From an uncultured Actinomycetes bacterium (GTDB lineage: Bacteria; Actinomycetota; Thermoleophilia; Solirubrobacterales; Solirubrobacteraceae), in NCBI GenBank assembly GCA_963718675.1, contig OY970366.1:510472-534471 (forward strand): a stretch of DNA of 24,000 nucleotides, written 5' to 3'. The number at the start of each line of letters is the position of its first letter. Position 1 is the stretch's first letter. Positions 8,627 through 16,412 of the stretch are shown piece after piece. The position numbers and the translations under genes were made by a program. The notes under the pieces are model-generated. The model made no database searches. It was not told where the DNA came from and worked only from the letters and a program-made list of their open reading frames with translations.

Positions 8627-9497
8627 GTGTCCCAGGTACTCATGTTGGTGCGCCGCCATGCGGTGGCGTTCGCAGCGCTCTTCCTGCTGCTCGGCAGCTC
8701 GGCGTATGCCGTCACCGTCCGGACCAGCGACAGCGGGAGGCACGGCTCGAAGAAGCTCTACGCCTGCGTCACGCGCACCTACTCCACGCTGAACCTCACG
8801 ACCGCCCGACGCGCCTGCCCCAGAGGACAGCGCAAGATCTCCTGGAGCAAGTCCGGCCGCCGCGGCGCGACCGGTGTCGCGGGTCCGGCGGGCCCCGCCG
8901 GCGCGCGCGGGCCGCAGGGCGGAGACGGGCCCGGCCGGCCCGCAGGGCGCCGAGGGCGCGAGAGGCTCAACCGGCGCCGACGGCACGCCGGGTCCGCAGG
9001 GCGACCCCGGCAGAACCGGCCCCCAGGGCGACCCCGGTCCGACCGGCAGAACCGGCCCCGCGGGCACAACCGAGTTCGCGGAGTTCTTCGCACTGATGCC
9101 ACCCGACAACGCGGCCACGGTCGCGCCCGGCACCGACGTCGACTTCCCCCAGGACGGCCCGAGCAGCGGCACCATCACGCGCACCGGACCGGACACCTTC
9201 GACCTGGCTGAGATCGGCACCTACCGCGTCGCGTTCAACGTCTCCGTCAGCGAGGCGGGGCAGCTGATCCTGACGCTCGACGGCGCCGACCTCGCCTACA
9301 CCGTCACCGGCCGCGCGACGGGCACGAGCCAGATCACGGGCGAGTCGCTCGTGGAGACGACCAGCGCCAACTCGATCCTGACGGTCCGCAATCCCGCCGG
9401 CAACAGCACCGCACTGACGATCACACCGCTGGCCGGCGGCACCCGCCCCGTCTCCGCCTCGCTGATCGTCGAGCAGCTCCAAGCCGCCGCCCCCTGA
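8627..9497 (+). pseudogene. secreted collagen-like protein with BclA-type C-terminal domain; single-nt frameshift inside the G-X-Y region
   Basis: GGAGG (8616-8620) precedes GTG 8627. There is a signal-peptide-like N-terminus (MLVRRHAVAFAALFLLLGSSAYA). About two dozen G-X-Y triplets begin in frame 2 ([19 protein letters not shown]) and continue in frame 3 ([29 protein letters not shown]...). The C-terminus ([12 protein letters not shown]...[23 protein letters not shown]...[21 protein letters not shown]...ASLIVEQL) looks like a BclA/C1q-like beta-sandwich. 871 nt = 3n+1. Confidence 0.75.
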
Positions 9498-9606
9498 GGA
9501 TCCGCCGGTCGCTCGTCCGGCCAGCCGCGGCGAGCAAGCGCAGCGTAGACGCCGGTCGCAGGCTCATCGCGACCGTGGACCGGTTCGCCCCGGTCATCCC
9601 GCCCCG

Positions 9607-10392
9607 TCACCCGCCGGCGAGCGCGCCGGCGTAGACCTGCCAGGCCAGCGCGCTCTTGGCGACGAGACTGAGGATCAGGTAGACGCGCTCGGCGAATGCC
9701 GGGTCCGACCAGCGGCCGCGCCCGCGGTACTGCAGCCACATGTTCACCGCGAACGTGTTGAAGAGCAGGAAGAGCGTGATGAAGATCGCGACGACGAAGC
9801 CGGGGACGCCGTTGCCGTCGGTGGCGGAGACGACGAGTTGGGCGGCGATCGCGATCCATGGGACGGCGCCGATCACGCACCCGTAGACGAACGGCCGCCA
9901 GTCCACCTCGACGTGGGCGACGTTCGTCTGCTCCTGCAGGAGCCCGAAGAGGATCATCGCGGCGTTCGCGCCGAAGAGGGCGATCAGGGCGACGAGCTCG
10001 CTGACCCCGGCGAGCATCGCGATGAGAACGACCATCAGCGATGCGCTGACCGAGTACTCCCACCAGCGCGCCGGATTGATCCCGCGCGCGACGTTCGCCT
10101 CGTACCAGCGGCGCGGCCGTCCGCCGCTCAGCGTGAGGTGGTCGATCGCGGCGAGCAACAGGAACGCGCCGACCAGCCAGTCGATCCGCACGCTGCCGAG
10201 ACTCGCGGAGCCGTAGTCGCCGGCCGCCGGCGGCCCGACCAGGAAGGACGCCGTGATCGGGAGCGAGGCGGCGGTCGCGATCGCCAGCAGGGCGACCGCC
10301 TGGACCGCGTGCGCCGAGCCGACGACGAGGTTCAGGCGTCGCAGCCGTGAGGTCGCCGCGGCGTCGAGCTGAGCCGGCGCTCGATCGGGCAT
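9607..10392 (-). CDS. heliorhodopsin
   Basis: 261 aa with seven hydrophobic segments. Strings match my recollection of heliorhodopsin 48C12: RWWEYSVSASLMVVLIAMLAG, FGANAAMILFGLLQE, VPWIAIAAQ, ERVYLILSLVAKSALAWQ. By my count the Schiff-base Lys is K246, the counter-ion Glu is E112, and the conserved His residues are H28 and H85. Confidence 0.85.
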   Translation of the reverse strand: MPDRAPAQLDAAATSRLRRLNLVVGSAHAVQAVALLAIATAASLPITASFLVGPPAAGDYGSASLGSVRIDWLVGAFLLLAAIDHLTLSGGRPRRWYEANVARGINPARWWEYSVSASLMVVLIAMLAGVSELVALIALFGANAAMILFGLLQEQTNVAHVEVDWRPFVYGCVIGAVPWIAIAAQLVVSATDGNGVPGFVVAIFITLFLLFNTFAVNMWLQYRGRGRWSDPAFAERVYLILSLVAKSALAWQVYAGALAGG

Positions 10393-10425
10393 ACCCCGAA
10401 GCTACCCCGATCCCTGGAATGGGAC

Positions 10426-10674
10426 GTGATCGCCTCCCTGCTCGACACGCTGCTCGACCGCACCGTCGTCGCGGCCGAGGAGGGAGCCGACACGATCGTC
10501 TGGCTCGGCACCGCCACCGAGCCGGGCGAGAGCTCGGGCGGCTTCTGGCACGACCGCAGGCAGCGCCCGATCCATCGCGTGCCGTGGACGAAGGAGGGGC
10601 GCAGGTCGGTGCTGGAGACGTCGTGCTTCTCGTACCAGGTCGGCGAACTGCGCTGGGAGAACCCGCTGCGGTAG
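10426..10674 (+). pseudogene. 3'-terminal fragment of a short-chain dehydrogenase/reductase-like gene
   Basis: The translation EEGADTIVWLGTATEPGESSGGFWHDRRQRPIHRVPWTKEG resembles the C-terminal tail of a class of ~300-aa actinobacterial SDRs. There is no room for the Rossmann N-terminus because the heliorhodopsin start is at 10392 on the other strand. Confidence 0.45.
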
Positions 10675-10684
10675 GACTGGCGGG

Positions 10685-10747
10685 GAGCCCGACGCGTGGG
10701 GCGACCTCGCGTCGTTCCGCCGCGCCGCCGTCAACCTCGACTCGGTC
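10685..10747 (+). pseudogene. deletion relic of a MazE/MazF-like module (paralogue of 12140-12702)
   Basis: The ~63 nt match 12320-12364 joined directly to 12574-12593 with two mismatches by eye. This encodes [15 protein letters not shown] fused to VNLDSV. Confidence 0.65.
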
Positions 10748-10867
10748 AGATCGTCGACGACCCCGGCGACGAGGGCCTGACGCACGGTCGAGGCGCCGCC
10801 CGCGACGTCCACGCCGCTGGTAGGCCATCCGCTGTACAGGACGTTACGATCCGTGTAGGGTGGGTTC

Positions 10868-11119
10868 ATGGCGAGCCGAATCAATCTCTCCCTCGACCCC
10901 GAGTACTCCGAGAAGCTCTCGCGACTCGCCGAGCGGATGCACCTCCAAGAGGGCACGCTCGCCAAGTCTCTCCTGTCGACCGCCCTCGACGGCGCCGACC
11001 CCGACGCCGCGCACATCGTGCAACTCCTCGACGGCATCCCCGGCGCCTACGAGCGCACACGAGAGGGCATCGCGCAGGCCCGACGCGGCGACGGCATCTC
11101 ACTCGACGACCTCGCATAA
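10868..11119 (+). CDS. ribbon-helix-helix antitoxin (ParD/CopG-like)
   Basis: MASRINLSLDPEYSEKLSRLAERMHLQEGTLAKSLL has the RHH beta-strand plus helix pattern. It sits 3 nt upstream of a ParE/RelE-type toxin gene. Confidence 0.7.
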   Translation: MASRINLSLDPEYSEKLSRLAERMHLQEGTLAKSLLSTALDGADPDAAHIVQLLDGIPGAYERTREGIAQARRGDGISLDDLA

Positions 11120-11122
11120 CCA

Positions 11123-11413
11123 TTGTCGCGCGTCATCGTCACGCCGCGCGCAGCCGCCGACCTCGGCGAGCTGATCCAGACGCTCGGCCTGCCCGCCAAC
11201 GCCCTCCGACGCGTCCAGACCTCACTGCGCATCCTCGAACGCTTCCCGCTCGCCGGCCGCGCGCTGACCGGCGCCTGGGAAGGCACCCGCTTCCTCATCG
11301 GCCCCTGGCCCTGGCTGATCCTCATCTACCTCCAGGACGAGCAAGACGACGCCGTCTACGTCGTCGCCGCACACGACGGACGCGGCTCCTCCGCAGCCAC
11401 CAACGCCCGCTGA
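11123..11413 (+). CDS. type II toxin, ParE/RelE family
   Basis: 96 aa from TTG 11123: VIVTPRAAADLGELIQ...LERFPLAGRAL...RFLIGPWPWLILIYLQDEQDDAVYVVAAHDGR, the usual ParE layout. Confidence 0.75.
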   Translation: MSRVIVTPRAAADLGELIQTLGLPANALRRVQTSLRILERFPLAGRALTGAWEGTRFLIGPWPWLILIYLQDEQDDAVYVVAAHDGRGSSAATNAR

Positions 11414-11625
11414 CGCGTCGCAGGTCCATCTCTCAGGAACGATCCGGTCCCATCAGCGAGGCCGTCGAGCGGCACGTCCGATGGGAGGTCGAGCGCCGCT
11501 CAGCAGATGCGTGCGCGCGATCGCTCGGCGCACTCCACCGACCCTCTCACGTTCACGACGGCAGATCAACGAGGGCCGCGACCGGACGGAAGCGCCGCGG
11601 CCGGCGGTCCCGGCATGCGTTCCGC

Positions 11626-12063
11626 TCAGGCCGCCAGCTCGTCCGCGATGCCCAGCTCGTCGCCGATCCAGCTCACGTCGGCATGCGGCTCGCCGTCGCG
11701 CCGCGCGCGCTCGGCACCGTTCTCGATCCCCCGCATCAGCCGCACGACCTCGGCGCGCCGCTCGCCGCGGGCGGCCTCGCGCGGCGTGCGGCCGTCCAGC
11801 TGCGGGTGCGGGTCGTCGAACCAGCGGCGCATGCGCTCGGTCATCGCACCCTCGAGCAGACGGCGCTCGGCAGCCGAGGGCGGGGGCGCCGGGCGACCAC
11901 CGGAGCGCCCTGACCGGCCCGGCCGCCGCGCGTGCAGGGCGCTGGCGCCGTCGTCCCGGGCGGCGCGCTCCTCCAAGCGCTGTTCGATCGGGACCAGATC
12001 GCGACCGATCAGCTCGGCGAGGTCGCCGAGGCAGGGATCGTTCCGCGAAGCGCTCACGCGCAC
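11626..12063 (-). CDS. hypothetical protein with Xre/MbcA/ParS-antitoxin-like (DUF2384-like) C-terminal motif; start uncertain
   Basis: RRWFDDPHPQLDGRTPREAARGERRAEVVRLMRGIENG resembles the toxin-binding domain pattern W...PNPAL.G.TP...L......V...L.RI..G. GTG starts are available at 12063 and 12057. No RES-type partner follows. Confidence 0.4.
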   Translation of the reverse strand: MRVSASRNDPCLGDLAELIGRDLVPIEQRLEERAARDDGASALHARRPGRSGRSGGRPAPPPSAAERRLLEGAMTERMRRWFDDPHPQLDGRTPREAARGERRAEVVRLMRGIENGAERARRDGEPHADVSWIGDELGIADELAA

Positions 12064-12121
12064 GACCGTGCCCCCGACCTCGGACAGCGACGATCCGCGC
12101 GAGAAGAAGCTGCGGGACTGA

Positions 12122-12137
12122 GTGTGGCACACTAGTG
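12122..12137. promoter_or_regulatory. palindromic candidate operator in divergent promoter region
   Basis: GTGTG-G-CACAC (12122-12132) overlaps the perfect 8-bp palindrome CACTAGTG (12130-12137), immediately upstream of antitoxin ATG 12140. Confidence 0.3.
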
Positions 12138-12139
12138 GC

Positions 12140-12376
12140 ATGGCTCGCACACGCATCAGCACCACGGTCGACGCGGACCTTCTGGACACCGCACGGAGCC
12201 TGCGCGCAGGCATCACCGATGCCAGCCTCGTCGACGAGGCACTCGAAGCGCTGCTCTCCCGCCATCGCGCCGCCGAGCTCGACGCGAGCTACGCCGCCTA
12301 CGACACCCACCCGCTCAGCGAGCCCGACGCCTGGGGCGACCTCGCGTCGTTCCGCCGCGCCGCCGCAGCGTCGTGA
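12140..12376 (+). CDS. type II antitoxin (RHH, MazE/VapB-like)
   Basis: [21 protein letters not shown]...[10 protein letters not shown] with the tail [19 protein letters not shown]. Stop TGA 12374-12376 overlaps the GTG of the downstream toxin (GTGA). ATG 12140 is preferred over the listed 12122. Confidence 0.75.
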   Translation: MARTRISTTVDADLLDTARSLRAGITDASLVDEALEALLSRHRAAELDASYAAYDTHPLSEPDAWGDLASFRRAAAAS

Positions 12377-12702
12377 CCGCCCTCCCAGCCCGCGGCGAAG
12401 CCTGGTGGTGCGAGCTGCCCGAGACCGGCCGCCGACCCGTGATCGTCCTCTCGCGCGACGCCGCGATCCCACGCCTGCGGCGAGCGCTGATCGCACCGTG
12501 CACGACCACGATCCGCGGCCTCGCCAGCGAGGTCGTCCTCGAGCCCGACACCGATCCCGTCCCCCAGCGCTCCGCCGTCAACCTCGACTCCGTCGAGAGC
12601 GTCGCACTCGCCACCCTCACCGACCGTCTCGGCCGCCTCGCAGACGCACGCATGCGCGAGATCTGCGACGCGCTCAGCGTCGCGGTCGACTGCCAGCACT
12701 GA
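12373..12702 (+). CDS. mazF: type II toxin, MazF/PemK family endoribonuclease
   Basis: [26 protein letters not shown]...[16 protein letters not shown]...[11 protein letters not shown] is the typical MazF/PemK SH3-like barrel pattern. Confidence 0.85.
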   Translation: MTALPARGEAWWCELPETGRRPVIVLSRDAAIPRLRRALIAPCTTTIRGLASEVVLEPDTDPVPQRSAVNLDSVESVALATLTDRLGRLADARMREICDALSVAVDCQH

Positions 12703-12717
12703 ACAAGGCCCTTCGGG

Positions 12718-13242
12718 CTACGAGCCGTCTGGGGCCGCCTCGATCGCGGCGCGGATGTCCTTCACGAGGATCATCAGATGCATCCCGTCGGTCGGCGACG
12801 GCTCGAGCCCGTGGCGCAGACAGAACGCGCGCGCGTCGTCGTGAAGCGCGTGAACGAGCAGCGCCCGGATCCCGAATCTGCCCGCAGCCGCTGCGGTCCG
12901 CGCCATCGCGTCGCGCAACAGGAACGTTCCGATCCCCTCCCGCTGCACCGACACGTCGACTGCCAGTCGCGCCAGCAGCACGACCGGGATCGGATACCTC
13001 GGCATCCCCTTCCGCGTGCGCTCGGTGACCTGCGCGTGCTCGACCGAGGCGACCGTCAGCGCGTGATAGCCGACGACCCGCTCCTGCTCGGCGTCGACGA
13101 CGACGTACGTCCGCGCGGAGCCGGCGCCAGCGGCACTGCGGGCACGATCGCGCAGCCAGGCGTCAAGCGACGCCTCGCCAGACCGAAACCCTGCGAGGAC
13201 GTGCTGCGGCCCAAGCAGCTCGGGATCGCTGAAGCGCGGCAC
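12718..13242 (-). CDS. GNAT-family acetyltransferase toxin (TacT/AtaT-like)
   Basis: FRSGEASLDAWLRDRA...VVGYHALTVASVEHAQV...PVVLLARLAVDVSVQREGIGTFLLRDAM...ALLVHALHDDARAFCLRHGLEPSP. It sits directly downstream of a DUF1778 gene (TAG then GTG). Confidence 0.85.
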   Translation of the reverse strand: MPRFSDPELLGPQHVLAGFRSGEASLDAWLRDRARSAAGAGSARTYVVVDAEQERVVGYHALTVASVEHAQVTERTRKGMPRYPIPVVLLARLAVDVSVQREGIGTFLLRDAMARTAAAAGRFGIRALLVHALHDDARAFCLRHGLEPSPTDGMHLMILVKDIRAAIEAAPDGS

Positions 13243-13509
13243 CTACGCCGGACGCGGCCGGCGGAACAGCTCGACCAACGCCGCGTCCGCCTGCGCCGGC
13301 CGATCCAGCGCCTCGGAGAACGCGACCCACTCCGCCTCGGAGAGCACGAACTGCGTCCGATCCGCCAGCAAGCGCGCTGCCCGCTCCCGGCCACCCTCCA
13401 CCAAGAACTCCGACAACGACTCGTCCGCCACCGCAGCCGCCCGACGGAACAGCTCATCGTCGCGCGAGCCGACCCGCAGGTTCACCCGCTGGTTCTTCAA
13501 CTCGGCCAT
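13243..13509 (-). CDS. DUF1778 antitoxin (TacA-like)
   Basis: MAELKNQRVNLRVGSRDDELFRRAAAVADESLSEFLVEGGRERAARLL...FVLSEAEWVAFSEALDRP is the DUF1778 pattern. ATG at 13509. Confidence 0.85.
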   Translation of the reverse strand: MAELKNQRVNLRVGSRDDELFRRAAAVADESLSEFLVEGGRERAARLLADRTQFVLSEAEWVAFSEALDRPAQADAALVELFRRPRPA

Positions 13510-13564
13510 GCCGACCAGTGTACGCACGGCGTACTCACAGCGCAAGCGCAGGGCCCCTCCTCGC

Positions 13565-13695
13565 TCGAGGACTTCGTGCTCGCCAACGCACCGGAGTTCG
13601 TCAAGGGCATGGCCGCCGCGGATCGCGAGCTGGCACGCGGCGAGACGACCTCGCTCGCCGAGGCACGACGCCTCCTCGACGCGGACGACCGCTGA
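13565..13695 (+). pseudogene. C-terminal fragment of a Phd/YefM-type antitoxin (partial duplicate of 21052-21182)
   Basis: It encodes LEDFVLANAPEFVKGMAAADRELARGETTSLAEARRLLDADDR, against FEDFVLANAPDFVQGMAAADRELARGETTSLTEARRLLEADDR in the intact copy. Nucleotide similarity starts abruptly at ~13565. Confidence 0.7.
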
Positions 13696-13717
13696 CGCTC
13701 GCAGCGGCGCCCAGGCG

Positions 13718-13849
13718 ATGAACCACATCGAGCTGTCCAAGCGCGCGCTCAAGGACCTGCGCCGCATCGACCACCCCACCCGCTGACGCCTACTGAACCA
13801 CCTCGAACAGGAACTCGCCGCGGAGCCGCAGCCGCCGAACCTCGACGTC
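13718..13849 (+). pseudogene. RelE/ParE-family toxin remnant (duplicate of 21204-21335) with in-frame TGA and 3' truncation
   Basis: MNHIELSKRALKDLRRIDHPTR* compares with MSHVELSKRALKDLRRIDHSTRRR in the intact copy; CGA is replaced by TGA at 13784-13786. Homology continues through AAEPQPPNLDV and ends at ~13849. Confidence 0.7.
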
Positions 13850-14040
13850 GCGCGCCAGCTCCGTCAGCATCGCCGACAGCGACATCCCGCGCTCCTGCGC
13901 CTGCTCAGCGAGCAGGTCGCGCGTCTCGCGCCCAGACAGCCAAGGCCTCCCCAGACGAGGATCGCCATGTGGCCGCGCCGCGATGTGTACGGTCGCCACT
14001 CGGTCCGAATAGGTTCATCGACCATTCCGCGGCGGTGTGA

Positions 14041-14466
14041 TCATCCCCCGGCAGCCCAGGGATCGCGCACGGATACACCGGTGGCGCCAAAGTCACGGAC
14101 ATTTCGAGTGGCCAGCGCCGCACCATGGCAGCGACAGACCGCCGCGATCTGCCCATCGGCGACGCTGATCGGCCGGCCATTCCGGTCGCGGTCGGCGACC
14201 AACTCGGCGTAGTACGCAGCTGCCGCGACATCGAAGGGCAACACCCGACCGGCGAAGTCCTCCCGCACGAGCGCATCCACAGCCGCGGCCAGCTTGGCCT
14301 TGCGAGCACCATCCGCCAGCCGCGCAACACCGTAGAGGAGCTCAGCAACCGTCACAGCGGTGATCGCCAGCGCGCTCGCATCCTGTTCGTCGACCCATCT
14401 GACCACACGTGCCGCCGGCCGCCTCCGCATCAGCTCGGAGAGGACGTTCGTGTCGAGGACGATCAT
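14041..14466 (-). CDS. vapC: type II toxin VapC (PIN domain)
   Basis: MIVLDTNVLSELMR...AITAVTVAELLYG...LPFD...ADGQIAAVCRCHGAALATRNVRDF carries the PIN acidic residues in their usual positions. The ATG overlaps the vapB stop (ATGA). Confidence 0.9.
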   Translation of the reverse strand: MIVLDTNVLSELMRRRPAARVVRWVDEQDASALAITAVTVAELLYGVARLADGARKAKLAAAVDALVREDFAGRVLPFDVAAAAYYAELVADRDRNGRPISVADGQIAAVCRCHGAALATRNVRDFGATGVSVRDPWAAGG

Positions 14467-14711
14467 GCGCGCAGATCAGCGGCACGCGGCAGATCGGTGC
14501 GAGGCGGCAGCTCGAGCTTGTCAGCTCCGAGCCCCGCGAACCGCTCGCGGATCCGGCTTCCCAGCCGATCGTGCGCGCCGGTCTCGCCGACCAGCGTCGA
14601 GCGCAGAATCGCGCGCGCCTCCGCCTCCATCGAGCGACCGTTCTCCGCCGCACGCACCCGCAGGCGCGTCTTCAGCCCGTCGTCCAGGTTTCGCACCGTC
14701 AGCGTCGACAT
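14463..14711 (-). CDS. vapB: type II antitoxin VapB (Arc/FitA-like RHH)
   Basis: MSTLTVRNLDDGLKTRLRVRAAENGRSMEAEARAILRSTL is the classic plasmid-stability/FitA-type RHH. Confidence 0.85.
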   Translation of the reverse strand: MSTLTVRNLDDGLKTRLRVRAAENGRSMEAEARAILRSTLVGETGAHDRLGSRIRERFAGLGADKLELPPRTDLPRAADLRA

Positions 14712-14726
14712 CCTGCCCCGCGATCA

Positions 14727-14753
14727 AGCATTGCATCCACTGACAGCAATGCT
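14727..14753. promoter_or_regulatory. candidate VapB operator (inverted repeat)
   Basis: AGCATTGC (14727-14734) and GCAATGCT (14746-14753) form a perfect 8-bp inverted repeat with an 11-nt spacer, 16 nt upstream of vapB ATG 14711. Confidence 0.4.
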
Positions 14754-15016
14754 AGCAGTCTCGGGATTCGCGTGCCACCTGGACCGATCCAGCCGCTACC
14801 GAGCGTTGCCGTCTGCCGTTCCCAGCTCAGCTCCAGGTCGACGGCACCGCCGCCCGGCGTATCCGCGACGACGCGTATGAGGTGAGGGCCGCCGCCTAAC
14901 AACAGGCGACGACACAGACGCCGGGAGGACCCTCGCCGGGCGTAGGTAGACCACCCGTCCGCAAGCGAGAGGGCGATGCGGAGAGATCCTCAAGGCCAGA
15001 GGGCGGTCAGATCCGT

Positions 15017-16412
15017 CTACCAGCGCGTGTCGACCAGATAGCCGGTTCGCCCCTGCCCCGTGCATCGCATCCCGTACGGATCCTTGTGTGCATTGAGCGT
15101 CCGGTTGCGAGTCGTGCGATCAAAGCGTTTTCCGCAGACCGGGCACTCGATCACGTGCGTTGGTCCGGTGCCGGTCGTCCGCCGAGGCCGGGGAGCGCGC
15201 GAAATGGAGGCACGGCGAGCCTGCGGCGGCGCGGCGAGTGGGCCCGCGGAGCTGAACTCGATGGCGTAGGTCGGGCTGAACGGGATCGTCGTGGCGTTCG
15301 CGCTCTGGATGCGGTCGACGCGATAGGAGCGATGCGCGCCGGACTCATGCCGCAGCGCGTGCAGGACGAGGTTGCCCTCCCGTGTGCGGCGCAGCGAGTA
15401 CGGCTCGATCACGCGTGCGCTGCCCTGGTAGCCCAGCTCGACGCACAGGTGGTTGACCGCCGCGAAGCGGATCTCCTCCAGCGGGACCCGGGTCCCCCAG
15501 ACGCCGACGGTCGCCGGCGGGGTCCAGCGCAGATCGTCGTCGGGGTCGGCTGCGAGCGGTGGCAGCGCCGGCGCGACCTCCGCACCCCCGAGCCACGCAA
15601 AGAGGTTGGCCAGCTCGTCCCAGAACTGAGCGAACGGGGGCAGTGCCGGCAGCTGGTGCGCGAGCATGTTGCCCCACTCGGACTTCGAGCTCAGGCACGA
15701 GCCCGGACGCCTGGATGCTGGCAAGCGTCGGGATCGCGATGCCCTTGTGCTCACACTTCTCGGCGAGGATCGCGTAGATGTCGTCGTGCTGGAGGCGCAG
15801 GTCGTCGCGCCGGTACAGGTTGACGATGTCGTAGAGGTCACGCGGCCGGGAACGCTCGCCCATCGCACGCAGCTTCTCCGCGAACACCTCCTCGAACGTG
15901 TAGCACGCGACGCCAGCGGGATCGGGCAGGGTCTCGTCAGGCTCGTATGGATGGGCGATGGGACGTCGCTCCGGCTCGCGCGCGAGCAGCTCGGTCGCGC
16001 ACAGGTCGAGCTTGATCGATGCGACAGACGGAGCTGCGAGCGGCCCGCGGTAGTAGACGCGACCCTCGACCGAGCCGGGCTGCTTGCGCGGCTTGAGTCT
16101 CGGCCGCCGGTCGGAGAAGTCGATCCCCGACTCGTCGGTGACCGCCTCCAGCACCTCGGCGAGCAGCGGCTCGACGTCCGCCGGGTCGATCGGGCCGCCT
16201 TCGATCGTGAAGTCGAGATCCTCGGAGAACCGGTACGTCTCGATGTAGCACTTCTTCAGGCATGTCCCGCCCTTGAAGATCCACGATTCGCCGAGCACCG
16301 GGTGGCTGCCGATGCCCCACAGCAGCCAGCCGAGGACGTAGTCCTTCTCGACGACGCCGTGCTGCAGGCCCCACTCGCGGACGCGCTGATCGATCGCAGC
16401 ACGCGAGATCAT
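15017..16412 (-). pseudogene. abiEii: AbiEii/AbiGii nucleotidyltransferase toxin fused to a WYL-like domain and C2HC zinc ribbon; single-nt frameshift
   Basis: The NTase core is in one frame (WIFKGGTCLKKCYIETYRFSEDLDFT...SIKLDL...FAEKLRAM...RPRDLYDIVNLY). The remainder is in another frame (SEWGNMLAHQLPALPPFAQFWDELANLFAWL, then ARVIEPYSLRRTREGNLVLHALRHESGAHRSYRVDRI...PFSPTYAIEF, then ECPVCGKRFDRTTRNRTLNAHKDPYGMRC). The join lies within ~15682-15705. 1396 nt = 3n+1. ATG 16412 overlaps the abiEi stop (ATGA). Confidence 0.8.

Noticed and set aside
10402-11037. Minus-strand ORF (211 aa) containing MNPPY, reminiscent of the N6-adenine methyltransferase NPPY motif.
   Set aside because: The motif sits at the very start of the ORF with no other methyltransferase motifs. 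Most of the ORF is antisense to the SDR fragment, the MazEF relic and the RHH antitoxin gene. It is a spurious GC-rich frame.
2541-13028. Many long ORFs in the track with Arg/Pro/Ala/Gly-rich translations (e.g. 2541-3773, 3116-4279, 3805-5160, 5010-7385 outside the ligD part, 6281-7492, 9296-10828, 10696-11913, 11453-12496, 11481-13028).
   Set aside because: They overlap better-supported genes in other frames or on the other strand, and their composition is typical of off-frame reading of high-GC DNA. They are not called as genes.
13790-13999. Minus-strand 69-aa ORF with an RHH-like stretch (ETRDLLAEQAQERGMSLSAMLTELA).
   Set aside because: Its 3' third is merely the antisense of the RelE remnant, and it has no convincing start or partner. 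It may be another antitoxin fragment but is not supportable as a gene.
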